Source: Raillietiella orientalis
Taxonomy: Eukaryota
Assembly: GCA_036172245.1 (NCBI GenBank)
Contig: JAYWIR010000027.1
Span: forward strand, 2,356,001-2,420,000
Reading direction: 5' to 3'
DNA length: 64,000 bases
A program made the translations under genes and the position numbers. Position 1 is the first letter of the stretch. Every line of letters starts with the position of its first letter. The notes under the pieces are model-generated. The model was not told the DNA's origin and did no database searches. It was given only the letters and a program-made list of their open reading frames with translations. Below are positions 1-12,971 of this stretch, one piece after another.

Positions 1-683
1 ATCTTCAGCCTCACACTCTCTTTCATGCTCCTCTCCAAGCGGAGTCTTCCCTGCAGCGAGTTTTTCATCTTTCCATTTCGATCCATGTGGTATGGAAGTA
101 GCTGATGAGCATGGAAACTGGTATTCTGAGCTTCGTGACCATGTTCTTCGTTTTGCAGCATCTTGAATCCAAAGGGTTGGAGTAGGGGAGAGGCCTTGAG
201 TCTGGTAGTAGACAACCGTGCAACCAGAAGTCTGGGGATTCGAGAAAGGTGTCTTTTTGGGAGAGGGAGTATCCTGGAAATAGTTAAAACCTCCCAGAAG
301 GGACAGTTACGTCCGTGGTCGTTGCAAGGGACTTTGCTAGATCAGTGGGAAGAGTAGTCGACGTCCCTAGACTGGAAGATAATCCTGGAGCTGCATGCTC
401 AAGAGAGGTCGAAAGCGTAGCAGTTCCATATGGAGAGACGACACAAGTCTGGAGACAGCAGCTGATAAGGGAAAAGGGTGAAGAGGTCTCTTTTCTGCCC
501 TCGATGGGTGGGCTACAATCCGAAGAACTCACGGAATATAGATGTGGACATGGTTCGGAAAGTGGCTTTCTCGAAACCAGTTGCGTCTGTCTTCGTTGCT
601 AGCTCGAAAGAGTTCCTGGTTGGCTCCAAAAAGATGAAACGGTCAAGTGAGAGCCTCTGATCATATGCATTAACACTGCTTGT

Positions 684-727
684 TTTTTTTTCCGCACTTT
701 CATCTTAGCCAAAGGCCGAGAAGCGAT
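684..727 (-). pseudogene. U2: 3'-truncated U2 snRNA fragment (first ~35 nt) followed by an A-tract
   Basis: The minus strand reads ATCGCTTCTCGGCCTTTGGCTAAGATGAAAGTGCGG then A9. This closely matches the conserved U2 5' end AUCGCUUCUCGGCCUU(U/A)UGGCUAAGAUCA(A)AGUG. Similarity stops at the branch-site-pairing GUAGUA, and no Sm site follows. Confidence 0.85.
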
Positions 728-2226
728 GCATGAAAACTAAATTTTGGATTGTATGCAATATTTTCCGCAAAAGACATATTATTTAAAGGTTTATCTGGCT
801 ATTTTTCTATCAGATTTTAAACTTTGAGGACAATTTTTTCATCCAATATTCTAATCCTAGGAACCCGCTTATTAAATATAACTATAATATATTTAGTGCA
901 CGTTATTTTGATTCGGACCTTTCAAACTGAATTGTTGAATTGTTACTTTATTTGATACAAAACATGGTATTTTAGAGAACATTAGTCGTAACGATTCTAC
1001 CCGAGAAAACGAACATGAGTCTGCTTTCATTGTGGAGTTGTCTCAATGATACGTAAGCATTTCTTTTCTCGTTTTGCATCTCTGGGAAAATACGGGGTTT
1101 AGTAGTGATTGAAATTGATTTGATGAAAAAGGTTGAAACCAAAACATTAGCTTGGAAGTGATTCATCACAGATGAGAGCTAACAGATCATCATTTCTTTC
1201 TAATGGCAAATCATGATGATGATTTGCTTGATTTTCCTATAAAGGTTCCAATTGATATGGAGCGACAAAAGTAAATTTCGAATGTAGCTGCTCATAAAAT
1301 AATAAAAAATTAAAAAAAGGGTCTCATAGAGAATGAGTGATTCTGACAATTTTACGGCTTCATCATCCTCATAGCTACGGCATTATCGGAATAATTCGAT
1401 CAGATCATTATAACAACAATGAAAACAATTAAATTTGTTCATTAACCGTTACGAAGCAATTGTACTCCTAATTTTATGAAAGGATTATGAAATATTCTTT
1501 TTGTGTTTCGTGGCACATTTGAGCTTAAATGGTCACGATATTCTCACTCCTTTTACATGCAATGTAAATTGTTCTTATTTTTATTCCTTTTAAATAAACT
1601 CAATAATTTCGGAATGCAGCCTGCACTCTCTTTGGGTGAGACCCATATAGTGAAGCGCGAATTGAAAAAATAGAAGTCTCGTCCAAAAAATCGGTATACA
1701 TGTTAAGTCTAAGATCTTTAACGCAGATTACTCAGCACTAATTTCAAAATTAACATCGAAAATTAACACCGACTAAAACTGGATGTGTATATTCTTCTAC
1801 TGGTACTATTTTGAGTTTGCCTCCACTTCTAAATACTTTTAAGGTGTTAGTTTCTCATTTTTGTGTAATCGAAAATAATGCCGATACTGCTAATTCGAAT
1901 TGTTTAAGCTTGTCGCCATTTAACGCAGGTGTAAGTCGTTTCTTAAGTATGGTCAGAAGATCTTGCTTTAGCCAAAGGTTTTGAAGTGAATTCTGAGCGA
2001 GTATGCATTCCTGTTCAGGAGCAGAGTTTAACATGCGTATTCATCGAGAAATGTCACCCTTTTAAAGCAGTCTTAACAAATCAGGTTTCCATCGAAATTA
2101 TGGATATGCCCCATGAGAGTAGTTTAATTAAGTTCCTCTAAATCTCGGTGTTATGTAAAGTGGCTTGCTTGGATGATTTTGTGGTTCATCGTTGTTAAGT
2201 ATACGTATTTGTTTGAAACTGGCATC

Positions 2227-2235
2227 TTTTTCAGA
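2227..2235 (+). promoter_or_regulatory. Candidate trans-splice or 5'UTR splice acceptor (TTTTTTCAG) upstream of the SMPD4-like start
   Basis: Nematode-type TTTTCAG consensus about 80 nt before ATG 2318. A weaker CTTCAG sits immediately before the ATG. No transcript evidence. Confidence 0.3.
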
Positions 2236-2317
2236 AACGGTATTACGATCCGTGATGTTTGGTGTAGAAACATCGAGTTCTTCATGTGGAGGAGATGTAT
2301 GCTTTCGACCTTCAGTC

Positions 2318-5300
2318 ATGGAAAATGCATTCAATTCTGTTCAGGTATGGGGAGGTGGTTATTAATAATTAAATATGAATTTAAAACAAGTGTTATATAA
2401 AGAATCTTTTGCCCTTATATTGAAATAATGCTATTATTTTTGATGGTATGGAGATATTGTTTGGTGCACTTTGTTTTAAGTATATTACTTTGGAGATTAT
2501 TTGCTTCTAGGAACAACTTAATTATATTCTGAATAATTTTCCTGTGGTTCAGAGATGTGAAAAGATACAGCAGTTATTGCAAACTATAACTTTTAAGGAG
2601 GCATCTTTGTTGCCAGCTCTTCTGAATAATATTTTTGGATTGATAGGATCAGTAGACTGGAACTTGAGGTATTCATGCATTCTTTTTATTGTGCATGCAA
2701 ATGATTCACAAGATTCCATTAAGGTAGGTTTATTTGAGAATATTTTAGGGTCCTGACTAGGAATAAGAATGCTTATGAATTTGATGTCATTAAAAACTTC
2801 CTTTCTCCAAAAGGAGCACTACTGAAATTAGTTTTCCACCTAAGTTCTGATCCAGCAATTAGATTTGATTATCCTATCAGCTGGCTGCCTGTAAATCTCA
2901 TGGTTTCAGGTGCTGTTTCCGATTCAAAAATGTTTTTTAGGTTCCAAGTAGAAAAATATTCATGGAAGGAGGAGTACCACCATTCTATCTAAATAAAATA
3001 TCAAATCAGAATTTAGGATCAAGGGGCCCTCCATGTGTTTCTTTAAGTATCCTTTTGCCCTGCTAGAAATTTGCAATTTTGATTGAACACTTGGGTTCAT
3101 TATGGCAAATTGGGTAATTAGTGTTAAGAGAATTTTGAAATGCCACACAAGTTCAAGTTTACGTTTTGAAAAAGTTAAAATTTCTGGTTTGGATCTAATA
3201 GAAGCATTTAAATCGATGCTTTCAAGGTAAAAATAGATAAAAGAAACATAAAAACACGATGATGAAGCGTTTTTTTTTTTGTTTTTTGTAATATTGTTTG
3301 TAACTTTTCTTGTGCATATATTATAGATAAAAGCAGATTACTGTGCAAATGACTCTCATTGTAGTTATAATAATCTAAGTTATTATGTAAGTAGATTACT
3401 GTAAGTACAAATAGTTTTTTGAGGTATCCTGGCATGTTTTTCTGGTGGAGAAATGATACAGATAGAAAGAAATGATACACGTTTACAAACAGAAAGAATT
3501 CATGATTGATTTAATTAGCATGAATTCTTATCTTGAAAAAGGTACATATATTCCATTATGTGAATGTCCATTTACAATGTATGTGTTGCTTTCATGTGTG
3601 TGAAATAAATATCAAGAGCATTTTAATTGTGGTTTTAAGGCAGGAATTTGACCTTTTTCTCTTTATTTAGCACATGGTGTGGCAGGTTTTGCTGTAGAGC
3701 ATGTAAGAATTATTATTGTGCGTCTGTTTAAGGGATAGCATTGTTCATTCTTGGAAGTGAAACTTTTGAATGTTAGTTCATCCTGGTTTTTCATCCTTAG
3801 CTAAGTATGCCAAAATAGGTTTGAAAGCTATGAATAATTTGGCATCCTTATGCTGAATGAGAGAGTTTAGTAAAAAAACAAAAAACACACATGAAAACTT
3901 AATTTGGTTTGAAAAAAAAACTACTGAAGGTTTTAGTTGAGCCATGGTGCTACAAATTGTGCATTTGTGCCATATGAAGCAGCAACTTATCCAAAATGAT
4001 TGTAGGGGCTATGTTATATGATACTGTTACTTCTAGCTCTCATTGATATTGAAAAATAGTTTAATGTCGATTGAAAGATTAATGTCGACTGATTAAGCAA
4101 GTAGTATTACTTCATTGGTGTACAGATAAGTATATAATTTTTTTTTTTTTCTCTTCAAAATATGTTTGAGTGCATTTAGAAATTGATACATGAAAGACAT
4201 TATATAATTCAGGCCTCTGGATCATAACTTAGGTAGAAAAGTGTTTCCTGGAGTTGTGGCTTTACAGTTGAGAAATATAAGTAGATATGGATTTTGCATT
4301 TGTTTTGAAGAACAAAAAAAGTTGGAATCTTGTTGATGATAATAGCATCTGGAATTATACTCATTGTTCAATTATGATCCATGTGGTTTGATATGGCATA
4401 ATCATTCAAAAATGCATGGATTATTGTATAGAGCTACACAAGATGATTCTGTTTTTGTGTGTGTGTGTTTTTTTTCCAGGATTGTTCATTTCATGGAAAT
4501 GATAATAAATACTTCGTGTGAAGTTCTGAAATTGAAAGACGTCATTTTCTTCCTTTGCCATATTTGTATTTGTCTGAAGTATCTGCAATTTTGTGTTTCT
4601 TTACTGGAGTATCCCTATTTGTTTAAATACTTTGAATTTTCACAGTGGATGATTGTTTCTCGTAGCATTTCTAGGACAATAATTTCACTTCCTCAGCAGT
4701 TATGTAACTTTGCTAAACATAGAATTCACAAGCCATCATCATCATATGATCGAGTAATGCATAAAGAACTGATTATGAGCACATGGCGCATGAATTCCGT
4801 TTTTGATTTTAAGTAGAATGCTTTCTCGTAGAGTCAAACTTATGGGACTCTGATAAAGAAAACTAAGGAAATATACTTTAAATAAAGTGCTGTTTGCCAA
4901 AGATTTTGAAGAGTCAGTAAATACCACAGATTATATAGGTTTCCAAATACACTAAATATCTTGAACTTAAAGAGAATAGTTCTTGAAGATAATCGTTTGC
5001 AGTAAAAATAATTGATGTAATGATGAATCTTTTGTGGGAATTTAATTTGGGTAACTTTGATCTGGAGCAAGTTTAGATGAGCAGGAACGGAAATGAAAGT
5101 AACCTCAAGAAATTAATCATTTGTGTGATCCTGTATGATGCTTTGAAACTTTTCCATATATAAGAAAAAATAAATAAATTTTAGCATCTTTTACAAGACC
5201 ACGGAAACTAAAAATTTCCAACTATGGAATTTTCTTTTAATCAGCTTCCCTTGACACTTTATGCTATTTAATTTAATGAGAAAAAGTCCATTATGGTTGG

Positions 5301-8300
5301 TAATGATATTTTTGCGAGATAACAAATGAGGTGAATGAGTCTATTTCTGATGTAAACATGAATCAGAATCAGAATAATCATCATTATTCATGAATCATCA
5401 TGAATAATGTAAAGAAAATGCAAATGATTTGGTATACATCATGGAAAACCAAAATGCAATTGTTTGTGCATTTTCACTATTTGAGTATTCTTAATTTAAT
5501 TCACTTGTGGTGCATCTTTCTGTTGTTTTGATGATAGTAAAATGATTTGACATGTATGTGTGTATGGCTTAAAGAGATTACTAATTACGATAATATCAAG
5601 CATACTTAAATATAGCTGAGTGGCCACACAAAGGAATATTTGTTAAAATAAGAAATCAAAAAAAGATTCTGTTGTGAACTTAGTAATACTTTTTAATTCT
5701 GGATATAGTGCAGTATGTTCTGTGTGACAACATAAAAGTCTATTTTTAAACATTTATTTTAGTGACCACAAACAATAGTTTTTATGTAGCAAATTTTGAT
5801 TAAGTTAAATTGCTCACTGTTCTTTTTAATGAATATGTGTTTTTTCATGTAACATGATATGTTTTGTTTTCTTGGCCCTGCCACTGAATGTACAAATTAA
5901 TTCATGATCCATTTACTGGATTACTTTGTTTTTCGGAACATTAATTTTTCAAAAACTGAAATTAACTATCGCACATGAATTGTTTCTGAAATCAAATTGG
6001 GGTACATTTTATTGTGTATTTCAATTAAGCTCAAGAAATTTTTTTTTTCTTCTACAAATTGTGCACCATTTCCTTAGCATATTGCAGATGCTTTTGAATA
6101 TTTTTTCTTCCATTTTGCCTTCTATGCCATTAGCCCAATGCATCCTAGTTGGCCCTCAACAGATACACTCTATAACTCTCTATTTGAAGAGTACCTGAAT
6201 ACATTTGTTCTTGTCAGTGGGTATTTCTCTGAAATGCTTTGTGGAATTGCTCATTCCACTACCCAATTACCTGCATTTTCTTTACAAAGTGCAACAAGCA
6301 TGCTTAAGCCACAGCCCATGGTTCATTTGTCTTTTAATGATTGCCAACCTTTGTATGGTGATGATTGTCCTGCACATATTGTAGTTTCCATTTTTTCCGA
6401 GTTTTGGCTAAGTGTGCAGCCAAGGACTCACATGCATAGTTTTATACCAGCTGATGTTTGTGAGGTAAGTACTGTTACCTTACTGTTTTCTGTGTATATT
6501 TAAGTTCACATGTGATATAAGATATGTGTGTGGTAAAACCTTGATCAGATTTGAAGTCAACTTTGTTTTTATATTAATTATTGAAGGAGCTCAATAAATT
6601 TTCTTCATTAACATAGCTTATGGATTTGCCTCTATTATGGACTAAAGCTAATGAATATTATGATTGCAGAGCTATTGAGTAATGAAACAGTGCATTAATG
6701 ATTGCAAAATAATTAATTATTCAGAATAAAAACTACTATTTATTATATGTATAGTATTTATATATAAATGTAATTTCCTGTAACTGTAATTTTAATCAAA
6801 ACAAATTCATAAGTATCACTTATCGCTCCCTGCTCTTCCATATTGCAAATATAAGTAAAATTTCCTTTGAGCAAAAATGGAATTATGGGAATTAAGTAAT
6901 GATTAAAACACAAATGTCAGTAAGTATAATGTGATTGTGAAGGTATCAAGTTGAGGGAGTATTCCAATGAATTATGTAAAAGTTTCATGATGTTCTAACT
7001 TTTGTTATTTGTAATTCTATGGTATCAACACAGATCTAATTTCTTTTTTAGGTACCAGCTTTAGCATTTCAGCATCAAGTATATCTTATCAGAGTGCTAA
7101 TAAAGTATATTCATCATTTCGTAGGCTTAAGCTATTTAGAAGAAACTTCAAAAATCAGTGTGTATAAAAGGTATGTTTTTTAATGGCAGAGATGTGTCGA
7201 GGAAAGCATCCATATGAAAATAAAAAGCAGTAACCTTAAATGATAATGTTACTACAAAACTGAAATTAAAACTTCTTTGCAAACAAAAACTAAAAATAAG
7301 TGATTTTGTGAATCATGTTTTGTTCCAATTTTCTGATTGTATCAATACTATTTGTGTTTCTGTTCTTGAAATTGGTAGCCATGCCTTTTTCTTTTTTTCT
7401 TGAAAAATCTTATCTGCTCAAATTTGTAAGAAAGTTTTACTTGCTAGAGATCGTTGCCTGTGGAATGTTAGATAAAAGGGAAAAGCATAAATTCTAATTC
7501 ATGTTGAAGTCTTTTCCTTCTAAATCAACATCAGCACCCTTTCTTACCATTAAAAGTATGCTTAAAAATGTTTGCATGGATTTCATGTATGTTTTAGAGT
7601 GGTTTAGATGAATATTATTGTTTTTGTTGAATAACTGTATTTTTAAGAGTGAAGTTTTTAAATATGCGAAGTTTCGTTGCAAATGATTTCCTCAACTTGT
7701 TAGCATTAAAATTTTAAGCATGTTTGCATAATATGAAGTTCATTCTATTTAATTTTTGTAAATTGAAATGACTTGAATTTCAGGTTTATTTGGAATCTTA
7801 TTCAGAAACCTCTATATACTTTTCTACAATTTAACATTGATTTTTGGCCCATGGATGGTTCTTTTCGTTTGCTGATAGAGACATGGCTTAGTGCCATTCA
7901 ACCATGGAGATATCTAAGTCTTAAGAAGAAACCTCCAAGTAGGTGTGTAATTTTGCAGGAATTTATGCATTCAAATTGTAGAGTAATCATGCCAAATCTG
8001 TAATAATGCCTTTAGCACATTAAGACAATCAGAGTAATATAGTTGATCTCTCAAAACAACTCCAAACTATAAGTTTGGAGCTACTTTGAATTTATTCTAT
8101 TTGTGAAATTTGGTATATAAATAGAAATGAATGCCTCATTGTTGCTTTTGATTGAACATCACATGCACATAACATGCTGGACTGATTATGGTTATATGTG
8201 CCAGTTTTCGTTGATCTGGATGATGTAGTGGACTCTAATTAAGTATGGACGAATGATATATTGGTCATCTCACCAGTAGACATATGCAGTAAATTGAATA

Positions 8301-11300
8301 AGCCAATGTGATTAATTTGATTGTTTTACCATCTTTGCATTTTATCAGATGTTGATGTTAAATTAAAAGCAGTGTTTCATTTTTAAACAATTTCATCACC
8401 AAGTGCGGTTTATTCAGCGTCAGCTTTTTGTATTTTTGATTGCAGTTTTAATTTTCTTGAATCAAATCAGTGATACATGAAGATTTCACAATTTCTGTAG
8501 ATACTTGTAAACTTATGTCAATATTTCCTCAGTGAATGGAGAAGTGACGTAGTTACACCTCTTGAACTGAAATGGTCATCTTTTATTAGTAGCAATATTG
8601 CTTTGTATTCTGGGATATTCCAGGATGTGATCAATAGAATGCTGACTATGGATTTTACTAGTGCTAAAAATGCACTGGTTGTTTTTCGTATCTCTAAGGT
8701 GGGATTTCTAGCTTGTCTCGAAATATTCATTGCATGCCTTCAATAAATCTTCCTTTCAGATACTGAGCATTCCCTCACTTTCTTATGTTATTGAAGAAAC
8801 CGAAAAATTGCACTGTAACAAATCCACATTTTATCATAATAGCAGCCAGTTTCTCACTGGAACTTCTACTGTACCCATGTTTGGATCAGAAACAAGATCA
8901 AAGGTGAGTGAGTAGCCCTTTTTATATTAATTTACGTTGTCAGGTTTAATGAAGTTGGTTTAATGAATTACTTACAATGAATCACTTATGCACATAAGTT
9001 TTTCTACACAATTGTTTTCTACACAATCAGTATTATATTAAGTGTTCAGGATTAATACTTGAAAAATTACAAAAAACTGAAAATGCAATTAATTTTTTCC
9101 TCGGAATGCCTTTAGCGTTATTTTCAAGTTTGTTTCTCCTACTGAAGCAGCATCTGCTATTTTAAAATTAGTTTTGTCAATTGTCTGTACAGATGCTGCT
9201 TGAAAATTCAGAACTTCATTGTACTGTTAGGTGATGTCTTCAGCTATTGAGAGCAAAAATTGATTATAAAACACAGTGAACTTCTTGGGTTCAACTTAAT
9301 TCCACAGCTTATGCCAAGTGATATCCATGTCTGATTCTGTATTCCCTCCCTTTATTGTTTCAAAATGCAATATTGTACTTGTGATTTAATTAGAATTGCA
9401 CACTTGCAGGGTTCATGTTGCATTTAGCCAATCGTATGTGGGAACCTTGAATTCAAAGTAGAATGAATTACATAAAAGGTAAAAAGAGAAGGGTTGACAT
9501 TGAACCATCACAACAAGAGAATGATTGAAGCCATTCTTGAGAAATTTCAACCGACAAGTGTGCTAGCATTAAAATTCGTTTCTGGTGTGATTATCTGGTT
9601 TTCTATATGTGCATCTGATACAATCCTTCGTTGATTTGTAATGAGAAGTCGCTTCGCAAATTTCGGAATTGCATACTGAAGGCAATGCATTCAAAGCTCA
9701 ATCAATACACATGGCATTCCTTATGGGTTCTGCTGGTTTCTTCCAAACCAGTGTTTCCCTCTTCCCTTTAGAAGTGTGTCAACCATTTGTACTTAGGTCC
9801 ATGAACTCACCATTTCATGAAGTGCTCTCAAAGTTCATCCTCAACAGAAAGTTCGAATTTCATTGCATGTGTGAATATCATAGATCTTGATTGTTTTCGG
9901 AATATGATATGAGGATGTGTAATCCTATGGTTTACTTAGGTCGCAAAGCTTATTCAAATTTTGCTTCGAGCTTATCAATCACTGCAGCAACAAATCATTC
10001 AAGGAAAAGCCCAACCCTCGAGGCAGACATTTTTCGAGTGGTTGTGGAATGCGCTTTCGGGAGATGACAGCACCCAGGAAGATCAAGATGAAGCAGACAT
10101 TTTAATCTTCATCAATTTGGCAATCACCAATTTTTGCCATGTGTTTCAGGTGGGCTACTTTGTACTAGTACACCTGTATTTGAGTGATTCGTGTTACCGA
10201 TTGCTGCATGATTTGCGAAAATGTGGCAAAGAACTGCCTCTCATAGTGTTTCCTCCATTTATTTAGACCTTTCATTTTGTGATCAAATGAAATCCGTGAA
10301 CATAATGAATCAAAATGAGGAAGCAGCGTAGCAAATGAGCAAATCATTTCAAGCTCATTATAAATTGAAAACATCCAGGCATGCAGCACATCACATATAT
10401 ATATGTGTATGAAAAACGTGTATGTGTGTGTACCGAACATCTCCCTTTTACCTAAATTGCTCTTTGTCATGCTTCAAATTATTTGCTATTCGAAGTTCAA
10501 GTTTAACTTATTTAGTAAGAAATGATAAACATTTTAAGAAAATGAAGAATGTCATTCGAGTGCCGAATGATTAATTAGCGAGCCTTTTTTTTTTCCTTTT
10601 GAATGATAAATGGAGAACAAATAGAAATGCTACATATATATTGAGTTGAACTTCTAAACATGTTTTTCGCATAGCAAACTCCAAACCGATTGTAATCGAG
10701 CGGCAGTTTCATATATTGTTTTTCTTTTTTTTTCCTCTCTCTTTCTCTTTCCATTATTTCAGCTGATTTGCCCAGATTTAAGTATTCTTCAGATACCTTC
10801 AAATGTAGAACACTTATCTTGGGAAAGCCAGACAGATAGTTCTCTCAGATTAGAAGAACGGCGGCGTGTCCTGAGGAAAGGGCATCCCAACTTCACCGGA
10901 TACACAGGGAATCCAGATTTGCATCCCATTCGGAGTAAAGAAGTTGCATGGCTTGTTCGTGCATTCTATCACCTCTCCAGCTTCCTCAACGAGAAGGTTT
11001 GTGAATTCGCGAAGTATTGGATTTCGTTGTCTCAGAGCTTTTCCGTGTGGTTTCGTTGTGCCCCTTCCGTGAACATCCAGCCGGTGCATCACCCTTGGCA
11101 ATTCTGAACAACCGTTACTCCTTCCATGTAGTCTCCGATCACCGACTTATAAAATATGTACATTTGTACTGCATTCACACGCAATTCCTTCCATATTAAA
11201 GATTTCGCGGTGGTGTTCTGTGCACCTGTGTACTCTTGTGATGCCAGGTGCAACACAAATTTGTTCGATTCAGCGATAGCAGAATTGCACGCACACAAGC

Positions 11301-11863
11301 AGTATAGTACTACATGTGTCCACATAAAATGTTCGTATAGTTTTTATATCTGAATGTTGTTGGACGATAATGTTCCACACCGCGCTTCCCCTTTTTCTTG
11401 ATCCGTAGTTGAATACACTAACACTGTTAGTGTTTCCCCGCGTCACAGAGCTTCTTTGCACGTGGGGCCCGTGCCCGTGCCCCAGCGGTTTCCCACAGCG
11501 AACTGTCGATTGTTCCAGGCCGGCGCCACCCTTCAGAGGATGTACTTCGAAAGTGGCTACCGCGGAGCCTTGTTCCGAGAGCTGTTGGAGCCTCCTGTCG
11601 TCTACCATGAATTCGTGAAAGAAGTGGGCGGCAAAACAGTTAGAAGTAACCAACACTTGCCTCCCAGAATAAGCTTGAGGTGCTGCGCCGAATTACCCAC
11701 TTTACTGTGTATACTTATGGTTTATGCCATTTGCTTCTTCCTGGACGTGAAATTTTTGACATTCTTTCTGCTCTTTTCGAGTTCGTTTTTCCTCTGGACT
11801 TGTGTTAAAGCCATCTGGCATTGGTCGAACCCTCCCGCTCTTGCCTCTGAGACGTCGTCTTGA
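2318..11863 (+). CDS. SMPD4: Sphingomyelin phosphodiesterase 4 (neutral sphingomyelinase 3)-like, 12 exons, ~718 aa
   Basis: Phase-consistent GT-AG exons: 2318-2344, 2511-2668, 2749-2890, 2941-3046, 6088-6464, 7052-7170, 7784-7942, 8533-8698, 8760-8903, 9940-10149, 10793-10996, 11519-11863. Peptides match recalled SMPD4 blocks in order: NIFG..W NLR, FDYPISWLP, AFEYFFFHFA, FWPMDGSFRLLIETWLSAIQPWRY, DFTSAKNALVVFRISK, PMFGSETR, YTGNPDLHPIRSKEVAWLVR and PRISLR, followed by a C-terminal hydrophobic anchor. Exon 1 is the least certain. Confidence 0.92.
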
Positions 11864-12698
11864 CGAGGTGTTCCTACTGGCAACCACGCACCCGTGGAAA
11901 CGATTCGGACTCCAGAAAATGCAACGGACTCTCCCATCGCCACCAAAGTTCCAGAGTGTCGGGATTTCTCTAATCATTCTACATGAGTATATTTGTTTGG
12001 AGGTACTAATAAATGTGTAAGAACCGATGTACACAAGAGGTTTGCCAATCGAGGTTGCGTTGTATTTGGGGCATGACGAACGGCATGGCTCGATGGCAAG
12101 AGTCCATTTGTCTTGCCAAACGCACTCTAGCCACTAAACGAAGCAGTCACCATTCTCCCGCGGTCATGGAGGGCCAATCCAGAAGATTCGAGCTTGGTAG
12201 GAGCAGCAGCTGCTGCAGAATGGTTCTGTTCTGAAGAAACGCTCAGTCCCTTCGACGAGACACGAAGCGAGGTGTAAGCGTCATTAGTGTTCGACTGACC
12301 TGAAAAGCAGGAGGAGGCTGCAAGCCACGAAGTAGTCATCCACACGAGGGGGTTCGCAAGCATATCGCTGTTTCTCCAGTCAATCTTCCACCAGTTAGGG
12401 ATTTTCCTCCTGCTCCTTTTCCGGAATATATCAGAAGATGCTTTTCCCCTTTAAAAAATGGATGTGTCCTGACGAGCTGTGAAAGGGCGATTGGGGGTGC
12501 GGTTTAGATGAACTCCTGAAAAGGGAGATCAGCGTCAGTGATTGCGGCGGAGATCCGGTCTGCATTTGCTCCCTGTACTTCCCAGAAAAATCCAAGACGT
12601 TTTATTTGCAGCACTTAGACTTCCACTGCCCTTTTCCAGTGAACCCGTGCCATACAGGAACAGTGTTTTCCCTTGGCCTATGGCGCGCTCCTCAACGG

Positions 12699-12855
12699 GA
12701 ATTTCTTCGCGCCCTCCCCGTTTTGTTTTGTTCGCCGAAACAAAATTGACCTCACCACTGGGCGGACTGCAGGGAAAAAAGGATTACAATTCGCATTTTT
12801 GAAAACACTCGTGAGCGCATCCGTACATCGAGATGAGCCACAAATGGACCTCCCG
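12699..12855 (-). repeat. ~157-bp dispersed repeat, inverted copy of 61411-61571
   Basis: Shared blocks with the reverse complement of ~61411-61571: GAATTTCTTCGCGCCC, TGTTCGCCGAAACAAAATTGACC, TTCGCATTTTTGAA and CATCGAGATGA..CAAATGGACCTCCCG. The ORF track shows the same peptides at both loci (SVHRDEPQMDLP; REVHL..ISM). Confidence 0.9.
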
Positions 12856-12971
12856 GGCCCTCTCGATGAAGTCTCGAAGTCCTGAGAAGCCCAGGAACGA
12901 GACAGTGCAAACGGCTCCAGGCCAGGCCTCGTTCCAGAGCGGCGTCATCTGATCGCCCACAAGCCCGTCGG

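Noticed and set aside
975..1340. Small possible exons (MSLLSLWSCLND; MANHDDDLLDFPIKVPIDMERQK)
   Set aside because: Splice phases could not be reconciled without stops, and no homology was recognised.
12380..12450. Walker-A-like peptide LLIYSGKGAGGKS on the minus strand
   Set aside because: The frame is short and bounded by stops, the spacing is non-canonical, and there is no Walker B. Likely chance.
12860..12905. Possible hammerhead ribozyme next to the repeat (stems around CTCGATGAAG...CGAGAC)
   Set aside because: The core CUGANGA...GAAA motifs are not present in the right arrangement.
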